The notes beneath the pieces are model-generated. The model was given only the letters and a program-made list of their open reading frames with translations. It ran no database searches and was not told the origin of the DNA. From NCBI GenBank assembly GCA_951406725.2, contig OX597814.1:13640001-13704000 (forward strand): DNA of 64,000 nucleotides, read 5' to 3'. Made by a program: the position numbers and the translations under genes. This document shows, piece after piece, positions 31,790-46,995 of the stretch (within the stretch, counting starts at the first letter, position 1; the number at the start of each line of letters is the position of its first letter). Source of the DNA: Octopus vulgaris (Eukaryota).

Positions 31790-32800
31790 ACTTGCTTCAA
31801 ATTTTGACACAAGGCCAGTATAGACAGGAGAGCTGGAGTATAGTCAATTAAATCGACTAATATTAATTGTATTGAACACGAGAGGGTAAAAAGCGCAGTC
31901 GACACCAACATGAATTTAAAATGAGAACATAAAAACGAACGAAGCGCTGCTAAGCATTTTGCTCGATGTATTAAACTAAAATTCATTTCAAATTTTAGTG
32001 CAAGGCCACCAATTTGGGGTGACGGGATAAGTCGATTATGTCGAATCCAGAGTTCATCTTGTACGTTTTTTATTGACCTTGAAAGGATAAAAGGCGAAGT
32101 TAACCTTGGTGGATTTTGAACTCAGACACTACAGGCGGACGAAATTCCACTAATCATTTTGCCCGGACTGCTAACAATTCTGCCAGCTCACCGCCTTTGG
32201 CTATAAACTAGTATGCTTTCCTGCTCTAAGGACAAGACTCGAATTTTGGAGGAAGCAGCCAGTCGATTACATCGACCCCAGTACGATACTGGTATTTAAT
32301 TTGTCGACCCCGAAAGGATGGAAGGCAATGTTGACTTCGGTGGAATTTGAACTCATTGTAAAGACATGAAATATCGCTAAATTTATCGCCCAGCGTGCTA
32401 GCGTACTTATTTCTTTACTGCCCACAAGGGGCTACATACAGAGAGGACAAACAAGAACAGACAAACGGATTAAGTCGATTATATGGACCCCAGTATGCTA
32501 CTGGTACTTATTTAATCGACCCCGAAAGGATGAAAGGCAAAGTCAACCTCGACAGACGAAATAACTATTTCTTTATGACGCCCATGGGGCTAAACACAGA
32601 GAGGACAAACAAGGACAGACAAACAGATTAAGTCAATTATATCGGCGCCAGTGCGTAACAGGTACTTATTTAATCGACCTCGGAAGGATGAAATGCAAAG
32701 TTGACCTCGGTGGTATTTGAACTCAGAACGTCACGGCAGACGAAATGTCGCTAAGCACTTCACCCGGTGTGCTAACGTTTCTGCTAGCTCACCGCCGTGC
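31790..32800 (-). mobile_element. Cluster of about five tandem or nested SINE family B copies
   Basis: Repeated GTCGATTA..GACCCCAGT and GACCCCGAAAGGATGAAAGGCAAAGTC units, reverse complement of 16696-16924. Confidence 0.88.
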
Positions 32801-34110
32801 TGGCAATGTTCAACCTTATTTTCCTATGTAACATTGCACAACAAGAACCTGTTTTTTTTTTTTAACATTTTGGCATTTTGAATTTTATCACTTTTGAATT
32901 CGGGTTTCTCACGGTAGTTAATCTTACATTCAGCACCCATATGTCTGTGTGTTTCTATACTTATTCCACCATTATCTGTTCTCTTTCAATATCATATGTG
33001 TAGCAAAACTTACAATATATTTGAATACATGGAGGAGGCAATGTCAGTGTCATATCAATTGATTAAGATTAATTACGTAATGATAGGCCTATGGACATCT
33101 AATCATAACACTTGCGCATTTATACACACGGGTACAAAGTGGATGAATTTACTTATACAATTTTAAAAAACGAAGGCGTTTAATTTATTCAAAAAGGAGG
33201 TGTTACAGTTAGAATGCAATTAGGAGAGGTAAAATGAAAAATTAATTCGATTCCTTTATCTATTTTAATTTTCATTTTCCTTAATCACTCTTTAAAGTCA
33301 AACAATTCGGTTGAGACGGTGAATTATAAAGTTTAGTGAAAATTCAGAATGTTTTTTTTAAGTTACAGAGGTTTAGAATTTGTTCAGTTTTACCCAATCA
33401 TAAAACATGATTTGGAAACGTTGCATGACAGCACGTATTATGAACTGAAAGCAAATGGACTATTGACGGAATTCTGCTTTACGATGCCATAAAACCACTC
33501 ATAATATTTTTATGTTTTGGAATTATCTGAAAATTTGTGCGAATTTATATTTTGCACACGGGAATTCATACGATTATCCAAAAACAAAAAAAAAGGTAAG
33601 AAAATTTCCATGCGTGATATAAAAGTTCTTTTTAGCATATCTCATAATCACCCCATACCGACAAAAAAGATACATTCTAAGCAGCTTCACAACAGCTTGG
33701 CTTGTTACTAAGGAAAGAGGCACATATATGACTGTTGTTTACGTTTGGCTAAAATTACCCAAAATTAGAAACTTTTAATTGCTATTAACTGTTTATTTAT
33801 TGATTGATGGCGAAAATGAATTTCTTGTCTACGAGTGCTTCACAAAATTTTATCACGACACAAAATATGAAGTCGGTTAGAACAAAAATTTAGGAAATTG
33901 GAAAGGGGCAGCAAGACAAAAAAATTCACAGTAAGAATTTAGGAGGGTTGTGTCTTTGTGGGATCACTTCATTAAACATTTCAGCAGTGAAATGTACAAT
34001 GTAAAACATGGAGTTATGGGTGTAGATGAAGTGAGAAAGCGTTCAAAAAAGTGACCAAATGATAGCAAAAGCCCAAGAGATTTCTCCTACGTCTGATCAA
34101 TAAGTATCCG

Positions 34111-34794
<684 letters not shown>

Positions 34795-35990
34795 TTGCAT
34801 AGCCTTCGACAATGTTAATAGAACCTTTTTCTCGTCCATTCTCGGTGAACTTGGATGTCCGCCTCGATTTGTCAACTTGTTTAAGCACCTTCATAGTGAT
34901 ACGAAATTTGGTTTAACTTCAATGGGTCCCTATCGGAACTAATTTGCATCGTTAAAGGCGTTAAGCAAGATGAAATTGCTGCTCCAACACGATCTGGCGT
35001 ATATCTTTTCCATGACTGTGATATCGGGGTCTATATTTGCTTCAAAACCACAAGTAAGTTATTTGATGTTAAACGTCAGAATGCAAATTCGAAGACATTC
35101 CAGGCCGTTATCCGAGTGCTCCTTTATGCCTATGATGTTGTTCTTGTTGCCCACACCGAGGAGACAAGCAGTCTAAAGAAAATAAAAAACATGTTCTCTC
35201 ACTTACCAGGCCAACCATGTGTGCAACCTAACATCTTCATCCAGGGTACAGTATTAGATATGGTTGGTTCGTTCATCTAACTTGGCAGCACTCTCCCTAG
35301 AGATGGATCCCTTGATTCCGAAATAAACCTGAGATTTGAAAAAAAGTCAGAAAAGCATTTGGAAGGCTTGAGAATTGTATGTATTCTGATAGAGGTACCA
35401 CCTTCACAACCAAGCTTAGTATCAATGATTCTTGCATTTTAATGGTCCTTCTGCACTCTTCTGAGACATGGACGACATGGACGACTTGCCTAATAAGGAT
35501 ACTAAACATCAAATAGTAGTCTTTAACACCAGATACCGTTGTTCTTCAGCAAGCTAACAGCTCCAGTATTGAACTGATCCTCATACGCAATCAGATGCGT
35601 TCGATTTGAGCACCTTGCTAGAATGGCGGAAAACCAGTTGTCAACGCAGTTGTTTTAAGGAGACTTGCAGCATGGCAAACGTCCGAGACATACACTTTAA
35701 AATGTTTAAGGAATGCTGTCAAGAGCAACCTTAAAGCTCTTAATGTGAAAGTTAAAGACTGGGAGCAGATTATGCAATATCGTTCGGTTTTGAAACAAAT
35801 GATCTACAATAGATGTAAAGCATTCGAAGCTCGAACGATTGAACAATTTTTCTTGAAACGAGCACTAAGTAGACGGGATATAGTTACACTCCCAGATATG
35901 ATCTGCAGTTGAGCTTGTTTGTCAAGGGCAGACATGCTAGTCATATAAGGTCTCATGAGAGTAATTAAAGAGTTGGTCTTCTGTAAAGAA
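34795..35990 (+). mobile_element. RTE-clade LINE ORF2 3' remnant
   Basis: [63 protein letters not shown], with frameshifts. Confidence 0.88.
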
Positions 35991-36001
35991 GCGGCAGTTA
36001 T

Positions 36002-36277
<276 letters not shown>

Positions 36278-36295
36278 CATATACATACGCATACG

Positions 36296-36717
36296 CATAT
36301 TTTATAATTTTAGACATCATTATAAATAGGGTTCAGCTAATTGCTTCACCACATACCGAATTTAGAATAGGAGTTGAATAGTGTATTCACATTCGGCTCT
36401 GTAAATTTTGGAACTGTTGGTTGGATATCTGTTACATGATATCACTCGATCATGTGCATATTTAACCATGGCACTTTGAAATTTTATAATTGGAAATGCT
36501 ATACTGAAGTAAGTTTAATCTCGAAACGAGTATATAGTTATTCCCGGTCGTGTTGATTCAATGATTTATTCTTTTCCTTCGTATAAAAAAGTATGTTATC
36601 TTCATGGAGATTCTTATAGTAGTAGAAAAGGAATTTTAACTCCTATTTCTAAATTCGGTATGTGGTGAAGCATTTAAGTGAAACCTATTTATAATTATGT
36701 TTATAATTATATAATAT
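36296..36717. mobile_element. Element with ~80-bp inverted arms enclosing a minimal hammerhead-like motif (36498-36538)
   Basis: Arms TATAAATAGG.TTCA..TAA.TGCTTCACCACATACCGAATTTAG..ATAGGAGTT at ~36296-36376 and ~36637-36717; motif GCTATA-CTGAAGt-AAG..CTC-GAAAC-GA-GTA-TATAGT. Confidence 0.7.
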
Positions 36718-37010
36718 TTGTATAATTTTACCTATAAAGTTTCTTTTAACGTGCCGATCTACTTAAATTATTAATTAATTGATTGATTAATTAATTAAAT
36801 AAATTAATAAATTTTACCCTTTTATTATTAATTTAAAATTATATATCTTCTTACACAAATATATATGTATGTATATGTATATATATACGTATGTAGGTTT
36901 TTTTATATAAGTGTATATATATATGCATATATATGTGCGTATATACATATGTATGCATTTATATGTATATATACATATATATATGTATATATATAGATAC
37001 ACACATACAT

Positions 37011-37076
<66 letters not shown>

Positions 37077-37119
37077 ATACATATACATACATATGTATGT
37101 ACGTATTAAATAATATCAG

Positions 37120-38296
37120 GGTAAGAAAAATATTTTAAAAATGTATTAAAGGTATTAAATGTATTAAACATTTAGAAAGGTTTAATACCAGTGTTCTAGC
37201 GTATAGAAACATTACTCATTAGACTGTATTATACATATAAATACAGTGTACATTTAAACACCTGGCACGCTAAAAGAAACACCTAAAATCCAAACCACTA
37301 TAAGGGATAAATTTCGAAGGGAATGAAAACTAAAAACGTTTACCATCTATCTCCTGGACCATGGTTGCTGACGTTATATTAGCAAATAAAGTAATTTGCT
37401 AGTCTTCCTCAACAGATTAAACATATAAATAAGAGGCAATCTAGCATGTGACCCGTGCTTGTTGTATATCATAATTCTTCAAATCCATCGAGCAATTAAT
37501 ATACAGTTAGGATTCTCTATCGCCCCAGTACTCCTTTAGTAAATACCAGGGATCAGTCTTTATAGATACCACCTAATAAGTACATGATTAAGTATATGAA
37601 AGGTCATTAAACTAATTCTTTGTAATTTCTCTCTCTCTCTCTCGTTATATATTTAAAATTCATCTTTTTGTTTTTTTCTTGATAACCCTAAATTTTATCT
37701 TTATAGAACATTACAATATTGTTTAAATCAATGAACTATAGTATCCCATAATAAAATTTCCTGTGTATTATCATCATTCGTTTTATTGGCGTCTTGCCCC
37801 TTTAACTAATAATTAACATCTTGATTTGAGAGGTTCCTCTACCAGTACTCATTATAGCCATTTATTTTATACTACTTCAAAATAATCTTGACAAGTTTTA
37901 TGACTATACCCACTATGTTCTGTCAACGCTCACCTACCCTTTCCTAACAGACACTATTCTCTAATCTTAGGTTTGATAAACAAGACTAATAAATTAAACT
38001 GGACCAAAATCCGTGAACAGCTATGACTCAAACAAACTCTTTCCTGACGTTCTAGAACGTTCTAAGCTGAAGTGCCAGCAGCATGTACTTTGTCTTCTTA
38101 CTCTATTAGAGTATTTAAGTAAATTTATATTAATGTATCCGACTGATTTGAAAAATTCTATATATTTATTTATGCAGCTGAGGATAGTCATGCATTTAAA
38201 TTGATGTGAGGATTGTATTGTTCAATTAAATGGAGTCGTTTGAATCGGTGTGTACTGCAACACCTCTGAATATCCCGTTGCTTATTTTGATTTTAT
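37120..38296 (+). mobile_element. Non-coding element ending in a hammerhead-like motif (38173-38259); 5' boundary approximate
   Basis: TGCAG-CTGAGGA...GAAtC..GTA-CTGCA with perfect stem I; 3' ~370 bp homologous to 30060-30447. Confidence 0.6.
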
Positions 38297-39747
38297 TCAC
38301 CTCATTTTGAAGTTGTACGTATAATAGAGCGCTACTTTTTTGGTGCTTGAACATGTCGCGAAGTTATTTCCGGGCAACTGTTAATACTAAAACATTTGCA
38401 AACTGACATTGAATGCGTTACTGGATATATGTGGCTCTTGTTTAAAAACGTATATTTTAAATAAAGTCGCATAGCCACATCAGTAAAGAACTTCCTACAA
38501 TGTCTTCTACTTATTTGTGTTTTGTCTTTCGAATTAAATTTCGTTGACTTTCAATTATGTTTTCATGTTTCCAGAGTGCAATTTAAATTGCACTCGTAAT
38601 TTCGTAATTCGTTATATTCCTGATAATAAAAACATCTAAATGAGTTGCATATATATAGTGGTTTACAGTAATTAATATACCATAATAATGAAGGCAAAAT
38701 AATGATGGTGATATATACTTATATATGTTGGCAGACACACCAAAATTTATAAGCAATATTATAATAAATGTTTATGCAAATCGAATTTTAATTGTTTTTA
38801 TGCACTTTTGAGCATAATCTCACAAGGAAGATGATTATAAAACAAATACTTAGTGTATAATTCTAATTGTATTGGACTGCAATTCGCCAAAATGATTGTA
38901 TATGTAATATCAACATTTAATTCAATTATAATATGTAATAAATCAGAACAATCGCGAACAAAGAGCATTAATATTTAATAAATTTAACCGCTCATAAAAC
39001 TTAGAACAATGTGATATATCTAGCACTTATTTTTGTGACTTAAATATATACACAAATGTAATTAAAACCTATCTGAAACTTAGAAGTATGCAATTACATG
39101 TTATTTGCGAAATAACGGTAAGATGAAACAATATAAAATAACAATAATCAAATTATGACGAAACAAAAGTTACGATTTGAGTCTCGAAACAAATCTTGTG
39201 TGTGTGTGTGTGTGCATCTGTGTGAGTCTCTGCGTTTATTCTATTACGTTATCACAATTTATATTATATTATTTTACTTAAGGCATAGAGACATTAATAA
39301 CATGGTTTCCGAACTCTACTCGCATATGCTCCAGTACCACGCTAATATACAGCAGTAATAAAACATTTAAATGGCAATGGAATAAGAAAGTATACCGCAA
39401 ACTTCATTGGCTTCAGCGTCTGCTATAATGCGCAATGCATTCTTAGTTTTGTGCTTCTGTTTTAGCCTACAGCTTCATCAGAGTTTCAAATATGAAGTGC
39501 AAATTTATTACGAAAGGAATAGAGACATATACGAAAGAGAGAAAGGGTTAGGGTAATAAGACAGAATTAAGAAGTGAGAATAGGAGTTGACTCAAAAGCA
39601 ATAGTAGTAGCACTTCAACGTTTTATTCAGCATTGGTACTTCCTACTGCAAGTGGTGGTTGATGCCTCTGCACTTTCAGGCAGCAACCAACCTTTTGAAT
39701 AGTTGTTGCTGGCGTGTGAAAGTCCCACCTTAAGCGACAATTATATA

Positions 39748-40030
39748 ACACTCCGTCAGTTACGACGACGAGTGTTTCACTTCATCCGACCATCGGATCA
39801 GTCTGCTCGTGAAATTAACGTACACGTGTATGAGCAGAAACATGTACACTTGTCGTAGTTCCCGGGGAGATTCAGCATGACGCAGAGTGTAACAAAGCTG
39901 GAACTTTGAAATACATGTCCTACTCATTCTTGTCAAATAGAATTGAACTACTGGTACTATTCATTTTGTCGGTAAACATTGCACTCACGACCAATCATGA
40001 GCCGAATACACTAACCACTCTCATACACCT
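39748..40030 (-). mobile_element. SINE family C-related copy, decayed
   Basis: ACTCCGTCAGTTACGACGACGAG..CTGCTCGTGAAATTAACGT is the reverse complement of 17965-18040. Confidence 0.8.
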
Positions 40031-40240
40031 TCCTCTACGACAATTGTATATAATGAAACATTTTTTTTCTATTTTGTCTGGAAGATTATTGCTGTGAACT
40101 TGAGTGTTCAGACAGGTTTTGTTGTATCTCGTGAGGGTCATTATAGTAATAATAAACACAGGCACAGCTTCACTTTTACTTCATTATTACGCATGCATTG
40201 ATTCGATATTTAACTGACTGCTTCATTGTCCATTCGGTTA

Positions 40241-40395
40241 ATACATACATACATACATACATACATACATACATACGTACGTACGTACGTACATACATAC
40301 ATACATGCATGCATACATACATACATACATACATACATACATACATACATACATACATACATACATACATACATACAAACATACATACATACATC
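40241..40395. repeat. (CATA)n microsatellite
   Basis: Direct repeat. Confidence 0.95.
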
Positions 40396-42012
40396 CGTGC
40401 GGCAATAGTTACCATATGACTAAGATTGATGCAAAAACGCGTAGAAACGAAATTCGGCCGTAGGTAATTTCTCTAATTTAATCTAAAATAAGCAAAGAGA
40501 AATAACTCAACGTAGCTGATGGTATGTAATGGAATAACAGAGAAGCATTGCACTTTTGGTCAAATAACAGAAAATACTCTTGAGTTTGAAACACACGATG
40601 CCCTGCAGTTTTTACAAAACAATTATATTCCACTTTATATGAATAATCATTTTGGTTTTAAGCTAAAGTACTTTGGTATATTTGGTATGAACTATAACGG
40701 ACGTTTAATATATATCAAACCAACGATATGTTGGCCGTAATTCATAGAAGCTAACATAAAGAATATTGTAGTCGCCCAAATATAAACAGATATTTGTATG
40801 TAGACTTGAAGTCAAGAATTACGGAATCTTTGTTACTCGTTAATGTATTTCAGTTTAAAGAAATTAGAGCATGACATTATTTGGTGTAAAGTCTCTGTTT
40901 ACAAAAATTATCCATTCATCTGACTTTGCTTCCGAAATAGAATTAAATATACATTCATTTATTATAAATATAGTAGACATAGAGGTTCCAGTGCAGAGAT
41001 GCACACATTCCATCAATGCATATGAACACACACACTCATACGTATAAGCTTGCTCATTAATGGACTATGTTTGTGGCTGTGTGTGCACCCGTTTTTCTAA
41101 TGAAACTAAAAACAAAGAACGTATTGTGTTCCATGACAAAATTGCGAACAATGGCTTCACTCAAATCTAGTTTTAATTACAGGTCTTCTTCCTCCATCTT
41201 AATTTTAGAAATCATAAATGAAAAACAACGAAAAAATTATCAACAAAAAAGCTATTTGCGAAATATTGTGTCTGTCACGCTCTCACATATATTCAGAAAT
41301 GACAGTGTGTATTTGAATATGAATTTCGTGTGCACGTGTTTAGCACGTACGTTTTTTAATAACTTATAATGGAAGGTTTCCTTCACTGATAAAATATGCT
41401 GTAATTTCATATTGCTTTTAATTCAGGATTTCATTTCGGCAGTCAGAATGAAAAGATGACCTGGTATCAATTTAATCCTGCCTATTAATCCAATTCTGTT
41501 GCTAAAGCTTTCATTGTCGTAGTCGAAAGATAATTATGTAAAATTGATACTAAGTAAATTCAAGCTAAATAATTAGACATGAATAAAAAAATTAAAATCA
41601 TCGGAGAGAAAAACGGAATAGAAACAAAACTTCAAGTGCTGCGTATATTGAAACTATTAACTGAACTAGGCAGAGATTGAAAGAACTAAATTACTCTATT
41701 GTAAGATAACGTGTATCTGATAATTATTTTAACTACATTGTAAAGATACATGCTAAATGGAAATTGCTAGCACTACATTGAGAAATATAATGCTCACGAA
41801 GAAACGATTTTCTAATTAATATATAAATGTGGCTACATTTATATATTAAAAAAAAACATATATTAATACAAATTTATTAATAAAAAACAATATTGAAAAT
41901 AAAAATATGCCATTCGTTTAAAGTACTAAAACTGAGAATAATTTGAGGGCAGTAGATATAGATAGATAAATATATAGATATATAGATAGGTAGATAGAAA
42001 AAAATATATATA

Positions 42013-42023
42013 TAGATAGATAA

Positions 42024-42084
<61 letters not shown>
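42013..42084. repeat. (GATA)n microsatellite
   Basis: Direct repeat. Confidence 0.95.
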
Positions 42085-42159
42085 AACACATCTGATGTCA
42101 ACAAAACCATTGCTAATGGCCCGCTTGATATTCCGTAGTCACTTTCAAAATTTCTCCAA

Positions 42160-42205
42160 GACGCCTGATGAAGGCTGGAAGGTATATATGCCGAAATGTT
42201 GTGTC
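42160..42205 (+). ncRNA. Minimal type I hammerhead-like motif in a Penelope-type terminal repeat (~42140-42295)
   Basis: GACGC-CTGATGA-aGGC...GCC-GAAA-TG-TT-GTGTC; paralog at 57491-57536. Confidence 0.65.
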
Positions 42206-42700
42206 AACAACAAACAAGATGAGGAAAAATATCCGTCACATGTAAATAATGTAAATAAAATGTATAATTGCTAATCTCTTAAATATAGAACTGTATTAGT
42301 TCGTATTTGTTTTATGTAAAGAAACTTTATATGCTTTTGGTGCGAATGATTTTGTTATACGGTTCCATGTATTACAATTCTGCAAATAATAATAATGTTA
42401 TTTTTATATAAGTTTAAACCTTATGGCAATCACCGTGCAATGACTAAGGATAGTAGTCTAATAACGGGGCGTATAATTGATCGACAGAAAAAAGAAAGCT
42501 TTCCTGTCTGCGTGGGACTCGAACTCACATCTCCACATCCAAATACTTCAATTTATGCAGAGAGATAGTCTGCATAAGATTTAAATAGGTTTTGACTGTC
42601 ACTTCCAGCAGGGAGAAATATCTAGTATGTACTTTGATTAACTTTAATACACACACACACACACACACACACACAAGCGCACATATATGTGTGTGTATGA

Positions 42701-42760
<60 letters not shown>

Positions 42761-42854
42761 GTTAAACAGGTCGTCAATTGACCTCTGCCAATTTCGGACA
42801 TATTCTCCGTCAGCATATATGTTTCTGACTATAAAAATGTATGGATGATTTAGG

Positions 42855-42952
<98 letters not shown>

Positions 42953-44054
42953 TGATATATAAATATACAAACATGTATATACACACACAAGCTTCTATGT
43001 ATATATGTATATATCTGTACGTTTACGTGTAAGTATTCATGTATATGTGTTTGTTCGTGGGTCCATGCATGTGTCCGTTTGCATGTTTGTGTGTGTATGC
43101 GTGTGTGTGCGTGCGCGTGTGTATGTGCGTGTGTGTGTATGTGTGTATGTGTGTGTGTGTGTGGGTGTGTGTGTGTATGTGTGTAAGCTTAGTTTACTAT
43201 TTAAAGTTTATTCATGTATTCAATCCTCCATTATGTATTTCTCGCAAGCGCGAAGGACTCCAATTGCTCTTTGATATTATTAGTATTGGATCTGCTGTTT
43301 CATGGGAGTCTTGATTCATTGGTATATTTGCCTGAATATATGTCCGCGCAAGAAATAATATTCTCACTTAAATTATTGGCATTGTAGTATTTTTATCGAC
43401 ATTTCATATCCTCGGATTAAAGGAAATTGAGTAATTTTCCGTACGAATAGTCATTTGTAAACGTGAGCCAAATATCTATTTATGATAGTGAAGGTTTTAT
43501 GTACGTGTTATTTTACATACAACATTCAATGAAGCAGAGAAATGTTTTGTCTCCTGTAAAAGATTGTGGTGTTAATTTCATACTCATTAATCATTCTTAA
43601 TGAAGAATTCTTCCATTTTCTTATATAATGCAAGATGAAAGAGAAACAGTTAATCTTTAATTGAGAATTGTATGCTTTATTTCATTTTCAATGAGATAAT
43701 TATTTCAAATGTCACCCACCTCATTACAATAAACTTCATGTCACCTCGTATCTCTTCTCCGTGTATATTCATATCGAAATACCAACACACAAAATCAATA
43801 TATATGTATGTGTGTGTTTGCGTGTGCATAAAATGAACATTGGCAACCGTATGCAATGTTTTACACAAACAAAAGTGAACTATAATTATCAATAAATATG
43901 AGTAGGGTGTTAGAATACCAACTCTGCTGGAAATAAGAACCAAAAAGCTGCGAGCTCTGTAAATATGTACAGTTCCTGTCAGTACATACGTATAAAATAA
44001 ATTTTCAATTGGGCTTTTTAGATTTTAATTATACCAATATATATTTTAGTTATT

Positions 44055-44245
44055 GCCCACAAGGGGCTAAACATAGAGAGGACAGACACGGACTGACAAC
44101 AAAGGGATTAAGTCGTTTACATCGACGATAGTGCGAAACTGGTACTTTTATTTATCGACCCCGAAAGGATGAAAGACAAAGTCGACCTCGGCGGAATTTG
44201 AACTCAGAACGTGACGACAGACGAAATACCGCTAAGCATTCCGGG
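44055..44245 (-). mobile_element. SINE family B
   Basis: Reverse complement of 16720-16915. Confidence 0.88.
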
Positions 44246-46510
44246 GCCCACCGCTTGGTCCGAGAGAATCCGTAGCCATAAAAGAATTGAAGCCATTTCA
44301 AATCTACACAATATTGGTCGATGATAAAGACACTGTTAGTTAAGAATAATTTAAATGAAGACAGAATAATAATAAAATTCAATAATTATTCCATAAGAAT
44401 CAATAATATATAATATATAATCAATAATATATTACAACCAAGTATTACGTCATTTAAATTTCACAATCACAACAGTTTCATAGTAAATTTGATATTTTTA
44501 ATTAAACACTACACAACATTATTTAATAATAAATTTGATACTTTTAATTTATAAAAAAAAGAATTTGTTATTTTAATTTTTTTTAAGAACAGTTATAATA
44601 ATGTCTGAATCAACTGCTAAAAAGCAAGACTGAGGAACTACAATGAAGATTTTATCATGTTTGTTTTTTTATCTGTAGACTCAAAACCTATGTGTCTTGA
44701 ATGTGATGCTATCATGACAAATTATTCCATGAAGAAAGTTAAGCTGGAACAGCACCAGAAATTAAGGCAGCCCCCATCTGTTGGGAAAGGTAGAGAATAT
44801 TTTGAGAAAAGAAATAATATACATCGAATCAAACTACCAGACTTTGTAAAGAAGATAAATACTGAAAAAGCAAAACCACTGAAACTAAGTTATTTGGTCT
44901 CTGAAATTATTGCCAATGTTGCTGCACCTCAGATTTATGGTGAAAAACTTGTTAAGCCTGCTATGATAGCTTGTGCAAATGAGGATCTGGGAAAAGATTC
45001 GTCATCTACTCTGAGTTTTTAATTCCACTTTCAAATAACACAATTACAAGAAGGCAGGATGAAATGTCTAATTTTGTTGAGGAGAGGATTGTGGAAATCT
45101 TCCTAAAGACAAATATTTCTATCCAGGATGATGATAGCACAATTCATAACCAAGCTATCCTTCTGGTCTATGTCAGATTCATCCATGAAGATGACATAAG
45201 GGATGAAATGTTATTGATCAAAAGTTTGTCTGAAACTACTAATGGAGAAGATATATTCAATTAGGTTACGCAGTATTTTTATGATAAAAATATTCCATAT
45301 GCAGATGGAGCTGCATCTGTGACTGGACAAGTGAAAAGCTTTGTTTCTAGAATGAAATCAGTTGCTCTTCACATTATATATATACATTGTATTATCCACA
45401 GACAGCATTTGGTTGCTAAGTATATTGGAGGACACATGGAAGAAGTACTCAATTCTGCCATACATGCAATTAACTTTGTCAAATCAAACTCAATGAATAA
45501 TAGATTTTGTATGCAATTTTGTGCAGATGAAAACATATTTCTTCTCACAGAAGTGGTTGTCAAAAGGCCTAAGCCTTGAAAGACTAGTGAATTTGTGGGG
45601 GCCATTAATCAACTTTGTCATGATTCATTACAACTCCAAAAGCAAGCTGATACAGCTAAGAAAATTTTGGAAAGACTTAATGAGTTTAGATCAAAAATAT
45701 TCTACTTGACTGATATTTTTAAAAACAGTGAATCTGTTGCAAGGTAGAAATTAAGATTTGGTCACCTGTTCTCAGAACATAAAAGGATATATTGGAAAAG
45801 TAACATTTTAGAAAAAATAGGCTGAAAAATAATAATTTCAAAATTTTAACACCACTGTTCCTACATCAGAATACATTGTTGCATGCATGGCCCTTCTTCA
45901 TGTTCTTCGTGTAGACCTTGGGAGAAGATACAATGATTTATTAAAGTTGGATTATCCACTCTGGTTTGTAGACCTAGAACATTGTGAGCCAGGAGATGAA
46001 AATGTTGAATTGGGGGAAATGTTGCTGGATTTGAAAGAGAATATGAAAGTAAGAAGAAAAGTTGAAAAAGAAGCTGTGTTTACCTACATATCGATAAAGG
46101 AATCACACCCAAATATGTTTCTTTCCCTACCACATGATAGGTAGACTCTGCATTTTCAGCTGTTCTAGATATTTTAAGTAGAAAAAAAAAATAATTAGAT
46201 GTCAACAGCAGAGGAACTATCAGACTAAGACTAAATAAGTTCAATAAAATTGATTATGATATCTGCTGTAAGAAACACCAATATTCAACTAGTCACTAGC
46301 TGAATGGAGCAAAAATGAACAACCTTATGGAAAATGATTTTGACATAGGCGCAGGAGTGGCTGTGTGGTAAGTAGCTTGCTAACTAACCACATGGTTCCG
46401 GGTTCAGTCCCACTGCGTGGCATCTTGGGCAAGTGTCTTCTGCTATAGCCCCGGGCCGACCAATGCCCTGTGAGTGGATTTGGTAGACGGAAACTGAAAG
46501 AAGCCCGTCG

Positions 46511-46547
<37 letters not shown>

Positions 46548-46841
46548 TTGTGTGTCTGTGTTTGTCCCCCTAGCATTGCTTGACAACCGATGCTGGTGTG
46601 TTTATGTCCCCGTTACTTAGCGGTTCGGCAAAAGAGACCGATAGAATAAGTACTGGGCTTTGTCTACTAAAATAAATTTTAAATTTTATGTTTTGTTTGC
46701 TAAAGTAAATTTTAAAGTGTAAATAGACATTAAGTATTTTCGTGTAAAAATAGAACAGCGTAAAGTAAAAGTAGAAGTGGTCTCTAGAAATGTTTTCAAG
46801 TAAAAAGTGGTCCCTGGGCTGAAAAAGATTGGGAACGACTG
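44245..46841 (+). mobile_element. Decayed hAT (Charlie/Buster-type) transposon
   Basis: KPMCLEC..SMKKVKLEQH, SYLVSEIIA..GEKLVKPA, SIQDDDST..LLVYVRFI, DGAAS.TG, HCIIHRQHLVAK; right TIR AAAAGATTGGGAACGACTG ends at 46841; left TIR not seen. Confidence 0.9.
46348..46660 (+). mobile_element. SINE family A (uninterrupted head) inserted in the hAT element
   Basis: GGCGCAGGAGTGGCTGTGTGGTAAGTAGCTTGCTAACTAACCACATGGTTCCGGGTTCAGTCCC with A- and B-box-like motifs. Confidence 0.92.
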
Positions 46842-46844
46842 GTA

Positions 46845-46995
46845 TATATGATGGGCTTCTAGAACTTTCCGTCAATGAAATCCAGTCAAAGGCTTTTGAC
46901 AACCCGAGGCTATAGAGGAAACACTAGCTCAAGGTACAACGCAGTAAATCGAACCCGGAACTATGTGGTTTGAAAGTAAATTTCTTATCACACCC
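46845..46995 (-). mobile_element. SINE family A 5' half, decayed
   Basis: GGGCTTCT..TTTCCGTC..AAATCCA..CCCGAGGCTATAG..GAACCCGGAACTATGTGGTT. Confidence 0.7.

Noticed and set aside
31790-32800. Repeat-spacer-like array
   Set aside because: The units are SINE copies of variable length, not CRISPR; the context is eukaryotic.
42755-42820. Minus-strand CTGACG..GTCCGAAA hammerhead-like trace (similar weak traces near 17551 and 24640-24680)
   Set aside because: Core or stem I is incomplete; too decayed to support.
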